A program made the translations under genes and the position numbers. Positions 58,401 to 64,000 of a stretch of 64,000 bases of DNA are shown in pieces. The DNA comes from Stegostoma tigrinum (lineage: Eukaryota). The stretch is taken from positions 11,886,792 through 11,950,791 of the forward strand of contig NC_081367.1 of NCBI RefSeq assembly GCF_030684315.1. The letters are read 5' to 3'. The notes beneath the pieces are model-generated. The model saw nothing but the letters and a program-made list of their open reading frames with translations, had not been told where the DNA came from and did no database searches. Within the stretch, counting starts at the first letter, position 1, and each line of letters begins with the position of its first letter.

Positions 58401-60048
58401 AAAGTTTGCTTATGATATTTCAGTTTCTATTTTAATTCCACATCTATGTCCCAATTATTTCTTTCATTGTCACAAATGTTTAAGTTATAAGTGAAAAGTT
58501 CAGTGTGTTTCACTTCCTGGTTTTCTGCCTATTAGCATATTTCAATATTATTGGTTATTTATGCTGCTTTATGGCATCACTGTTGCTGAATACCTGCAGA
58601 TTCCTTTGACCTGACATCAAACTCAGAACAACAATGGGAAAGGGAAAATTCACACTGTAAGGATTGCTTTGCTCTGGAGGAAGGCTTCTTTCAGATCAGG
58701 GATACAGACTGCGAAATCTGGGTCCATATAATTTCCAAATTGAGGCTGAAAAGAGAATTGGAAATGTTTGCAGAATAACCTTGAATAAATTGGTGTGATA
58801 GTACTGTTTCAACTACTTTGATGAGCGAGATTCAATATTGAGACATCAAACTGATTTCATATAGAACTCTTTCAGCCAAAGACAGATAATTTAATCTAGT
58901 GACTGTGGGCTAAAGATTAAAGGACAATGTATGACCTGATGTCTTACCTGGTCCCAAAGTGTGAAAGCACTGTGTCTGACACATCAATATTTCACAAAGT
59001 CCGTTTGATTATCCTTACCTGTTATTCCAGTTGTAAATTGGAAGTGTCATGTCCTAATTGCTATTATTTTCTTTTCTGATGCAGCTACACCTGTACTGAA
59101 GAGGAGTGAACAGGACATTGTTTTGCTAGTGAGGAAAATGCAACTGTTGTTCAATGACAAGCTCAAGGATTGTACTTTAGTTTGCATCATTAGCTGCACT
59201 GCACATATACATTCAAAGGGAAGCTGCTTTTTATTGAATTATGTACAGCACATGTAGCTGATTTAATTTTTGACTTTAAGCTTTGTTATTTAAGCACCTT
59301 TAGAACAAGCAGATGTTGCTGAGAGACACGTCATGATTGTTTGCTACAACATTGTTATCTGCTCCTCCTTGTTTGGCGTATTATTACAGGAAAAACAGTA
59401 CAAAATACCTGGTTTCATTCTTTGATGTGGCTGACTTTAGTGTAACAAAACACTCCATAGGACTTCACAGAGAAAGTAAGGGGCAGACACTGCAGAATGG
59501 ATTTCATGTTCTTATACTGACAAGCCAAGAATCCAATCTCCACTCACCACATGAACCACCCTGGCTTTGGTGGGAGACGTAACTAATACCAGTAATGTGG
59601 AAGTAATGGGTTTCAAGTCATTTCAAAAGTAGTGGATGAAGAGCTCTGGTGCACAAAGTGGTAGTGGATTGTTGAGGGTGGATCTCAATGTAATTGCATG
59701 GGAAAAGGTATAGAGGTAAAGATGTTTCCAGAGATAGGGATACATCAAATTTACATTTGCATAGTGAGAGTCAGTGTAACTCAGTAATGAGGATTCTGAA
59801 GTTGAGACAATAGAGCAAATGTAGTGGAGGGTGAGAAAGAATGAATAAAGTAAAACTTTGTGCAATTTGTAACTTTTGGAAGGATAGATAATGGGTTGTA
59901 ACTTGAGATGTAGCTGCCTTCTCCTCCCTTTCCTCATCTTTGATGACATAGGTGATAATCTTTCCTAAAATGATCTGCTCATCTATCTTCCATAAAATAA
60001 GCTTTTTCAATTAATTCTTCTTAATCTCTACTTTCCTGGCTCAGTTTC

Positions 60049-60256
60049 TGAAATAACTACAAATAGGCCAATATCCCATCACCAGATTGTCCTTTATTTA
60101 TACATGAACAGTCCTTGACTTTAATACTGCCTCATACAGGCATCAGAGTGTCAGCATCCTTTTTCTATGTCAGCAACGGCTCCTGATTGGACCAGATTTA
60201 CAGCCCCAATCAGGGAACTCATATTCTATGAGGTCCAGCTGGCCGAACTCATTACA
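60049..60256 (-). mobile_element. short solo-LTR-like element
   Basis: TG...CA ends, CCAAT motifs, minus-strand AATAAA near 60113; no clear TSD. Confidence 0.4.
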
Positions 60257-60999
60257 GTACAGTATCTATTATCTTTATGCTTACCTGTGGAAGTCTTGGG
60301 ACATGATAAATACACTATTAACACACCAAATGTTGTAATTGTTTTAGTGTAACCATACACAAGTGATGTAGGGGAGGAGAAAGGAGGAGAAATTGAATAA
60401 GATCTTTACACAGGATTGAGTCAACAAACAGTGGCCTTCTGCACAAGTAATTAATTGTATTGTTCTGAAAGATAGCTTTGACAGGCTGTTAGGGAGAAAG
60501 TTTCAATAATTCAGCAAGAATTATTCTAGTTCACAATATTTTTACCTTGTAATTTGCATTACATTTAGCATTTATACATAAATATATTTTGGTTAGTGTT
60601 TGCAATTGACAACCATGATTAGGTTTGCCCAGAGCAACTGAGGGTTGGAGATCCTACTTCATGTCAACTGAAAGTATCTATTCGGTGGCTACAGGTGTTT
60701 TTGCATTGAAATAAAGGGGAAGGAAGAAATAACAGATTGGTTTAGTCTAAATTAATTTCATTTTGTTTATTAATTAATTTGGTGAGTAATTTACAACATT
60801 ATGTTTTTCGTTCATTTGTATCCTTCCTCATGCAGATCAGTTTGTCTCTTGGTTTGGACTTCAGGGAACCATGATGAGGTCAATTCTGAGGTAGTCACCA
60901 CAGTGTGAGAGAGAGAGAGAGAGTTAGTACCATTTTGATGGCGATGACGACCTCAACAGTGACTGGAGTGATTGAGCTCATAGGTAGCTACAAAAATGT

Positions 61000-61500
61000 T
61001 GGGCTGTTAAAAGTGTAGTTGCAAGTGAGCTGTGAAAAAGCTTTTTCAAGGGAGAGGTAAAAACAGAAATGAATTTGCAAGGGGGCAGGGCATGTGGCTG
61101 ACAGTCAGAACTGGAAAATGATCAGAGATGGCGCTAGCTGTGATTGACATGATGGGATTAGGGACATCACTTGAGATGTCAAGCGGGTGTATGGCTTTGA
61201 GTCCCCATATGGCAGGAGGGATTAAGCGTGAATAAGAAGGTAATGAGCTCAGAGAAGTGGCACACAACAAATTGCACTGAAAGTCGAATTTATCAAGGAT
61301 AAAAATGTTGCTCAGTGATGAAAGTAGTGAATATGCATGCGTGAGAAATGCTTTATGGTTCTTGGTGGGTGGGAGAGAACAACGATTTGCATTGAAAGAT
61401 GAAAAGAATGGAACAAGGAGAAGAAAGTATTGAGGAACAGTGGAACAGACCAAGGTGCAGTTTGATGATATGAGCCACAGCCTGGAGAAGGCAAAGTGAT
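61000..61500 (-). mobile_element. decayed L2-like LINE endonuclease fragment
   Basis: PLDISS...ISDHFPV resembles the APE-type SDH motif. Confidence 0.45.
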
Positions 61501-61964
61501 AGAAGATATAACTAGTGAGGGCAGGCTTAATTTAGAAAGAAGCTGTCATTCCCCTGTCAGCAGGTTTACCTGACCATGATAATAATGCACAATTAGCTAA
61601 AACATGTCAAGCAATGTTACCTCTAAACTTTGAGGGTCCTCTCATGGCTATTGGTATGCAATTTTCTGGACTCAAAAAGTAGCATTTTCTCATGTGCATC
61701 AGTGAACTTCAACTCCGAATATATTCTCCTCTTTTAAAAGCTGCAACTATTTTTTTCCTCATTTCCCATGCACCATCAAAAAACAAAATACTGTTCTTAC
61801 TGTTAGGCTTGGAAAAAACTTTGAAGAACTTCTACAGTGATGTTCTACAGGCTGAGATGACAACAACAATCATCACCAACTTCCTAAATACTTGATATTA
61901 CTTCGACCAAGATAGAACTTTCCTCCCAATTCCCATTGACTGGTTTTTCTAATTATTGCAATGA

Positions 61965-62190
61965 TGGTTGAAACAGATTATTGCATTTATGACTACTGTG
62001 ATGTTTCTGATGATTTTGCAGGTGATTTTACTGAAAATTAGAGTGACTGTGTCGCTGATGATAGCGTTGATAACCATTGTGACATTGCTGATGATTATTG
62101 TGATGTTTCTAATGATTACAGTGATGATTTTACTGATTTGTTTGCAGTGATGATTTTATTTATGATTACAATGATGATTGACGATTACTG
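61965..62190. repeat. degenerate (GAT/TGA)-rich low-complexity repeat
   Basis: Repeated gatgatt/gtgatg units; gives a spurious hydrophobic ORF at 61968-62150. Confidence 0.7.
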
Positions 62191-62489
62191 TGCTTCCCCC
62201 TCACCGACAACGTAATGAAAATTGTAGTTACGTGCTTGGTGTCCACGAGATCGGAACTAACAACATGCCATTGGGTTGAGTCAGAACATTCTGCTATCTA
62301 GGATCCATGGTGACAGATATGATTGTCTCAGTGAAGATCTAGGCACACACATTGAAATGCAATACTGACTTACAAACAAAACTGGCACATAAATTGACTC
62401 CCAGGACCAAGATGTTTACATGGCATGTAAACAAACTGATCCAAATCTGGATTCATGATCCAGATTTCTGACGGATTTGCAGATTGCAT

Positions 62490-64000
62490 TGTATATTTGC
62501 TGATGAGGCAAATACAGTTAGAGGAACAAGTTGTGAAGAGGATACAGAGACTCTGCAAAGGGATATAGAAGGATGAGTGATTTAGGAAAATGGAGCATAG
62601 TGTGGAAAAATCTGACACGTCCACTGTGGCAGAATTAATAGAAAAGCAGATTATATAAATGGAGAGATTGCAGAATGGTGTCACTAAAAGGATCTTGGTG
62701 TTCTTGTACAGGATTCACAAAAGGTCATTATGCAACTACAGCAAGTGATAAGGAAGAGAAATGAAATTTTGGCCTTTATTGCAGGGAGTTGGATATAATA
62801 ATCAGGAAATCTTCTTACAGAACTGGTGAGATTGGAGGAATGCATGGCTGAGAACACACTTAGAATACTGCTTACAGTCATGATATCCTTACTTAAGATG
62901 GGACAAATTTACATTGGAAGCAGTTCAGAGCAGGTTCGCTAAAATGACTCCCAAAATAGTTGCCTATTGAAAAAATATTGAGCATCTTAGGTCAATGTTC
63001 ATTGGAGTTTAGAAGAATGGCAAGTGATCATATTGAAATATACAACATCCTTTATAGGCTTGACAGGGTAGACGCTGAATATTTCTCCTTTGGGGAATCC
63101 AGACTGAGAAATGCAAGTTTAAAAATAAGGCATCTTCAATCTAAGATGCAGATGATAAGGAATTTCTTTTTTCACCGAACCCTCAGTTTTTGGAAATCAC
63201 TGAGTTTTTGATTTACAAGTAAGTCAAGGGTTATGTGGAACTGGCAGAAAGTGGAGTTAAGGCCATAGACAAATCAACTATGAGTTTCTTCAATGGCGCA
63301 GCAAGATTGAAATGCTGAATAGCATATTTTCTTTTATTCCTTTAACTCACGTGGATGTTACTGGTTAGGCTAACAATTATAATTGCCCTGGAGAAGTTGG
63401 TGGTGAGCTGCCTTCTTGAACGACTGTAGTCCCTGGGATTTAGGACCATTCAAATGATATTAGGGAATGAGAATTTCACACAGCGACAGTGATGGAATAG
63501 CAATATCATTCCAGGTCAGTTTGATGTGTATCTTGGAGAAGAACCTTCAGGTGATGGTATTCCTTCACATCTCCTGCTCTTGTTCTTCAAGGCATTAAAA
63601 TTCATAGGTTTAGAAGGACTGTTGGTGAGTTGGTGCATTTTGTAGATTACATATTGCTGCAAATTTCCACTGATGCTAAAAGGACTGAATATTCAATATG
63701 TTAGATGTTGTGCTAATTAATGGGCTGCTTTAATAAAAGTAAAACATAGCTGATGCTGGAAATCTGAAACAAGCACAGACAATACTCAAGAAACGCAGCA
63801 GGTCTGGCAGCATCTGTGGAGAAATAAACAGAGTTAACATTTTGAGTCCAGTATGATTCTTCTTCAGAACTTTATCCTGGATGGTGTCAAGTTTCTTAAG
63901 CGTTATTGACGCTGCACCAATCCAGACATTTGGAGAGTATTACCCCACTTGTGCCTCACAGATGGAGTTGCATTGGAGAAATCGAAGATGCATTACTCTT
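62490..64000. mobile_element. CR1 fragment (+, 62490-63320), antisense LINE 3' end (63340-64000) and Penelope tail (63740-63870)
   Basis: LQRDIE and LEFRRMASDHIEIYNIL motifs; gcagcaggtctggcagcatctgtggag terminal motif. Confidence 0.7.

Noticed and set aside
61968-62150. Small membrane protein ORF
   Set aside because: Translation of a degenerate TGA/GAT repeat.

Overview
Eukaryotic (vertebrate) genomic DNA. The repeat landscape (HE1-type and other tRNA SINEs, CR1/HER1 LINEs, Penelope-like elements) points to a cartilaginous fish, probably a shark (inference). Most ORFs in the supplied track are spurious or TE remnants. Two real genes lie in tandem on the + strand, both assembled by reading splice sites by eye. 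(1) The last three coding exons (416-490, 1840-1983, 3469-3588) and polyA signal of an SP100/SP110/SP140-family gene, encoding its C-terminal bromodomain. (2) About 12.5 kb downstream, an apparently complete AIRE gene: 13 coding exons from 16061 to 55980, 1605 nt, 534 aa, all phases compatible, with CARD/HSR, NLS, SAND, PHD1, PHD2 and the C-terminal DGILQWA motif. Most notable: AIRE sits directly behind its SP-family paralogue; this AIRE keeps an SP-like KxWK SAND motif that human AIRE lacks; and the SP-like bromodomain keeps the canonical acetyl-lysine Asn. Together these suggest a preserved ancestral SP-AIRE tandem cluster. Other observations: a GC-AG intron 2, no detectable exon 7, a possible decayed LRR-TM gene between the two genes, two identical sense-strand minimal hammerhead ribozyme motifs and inverted Penelope copies inside the AIRE pre-mRNA, and a young solo LTR. 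Comparisons to human proteins are from recalled sequences; no database search was run. TE boundaries are approximate.
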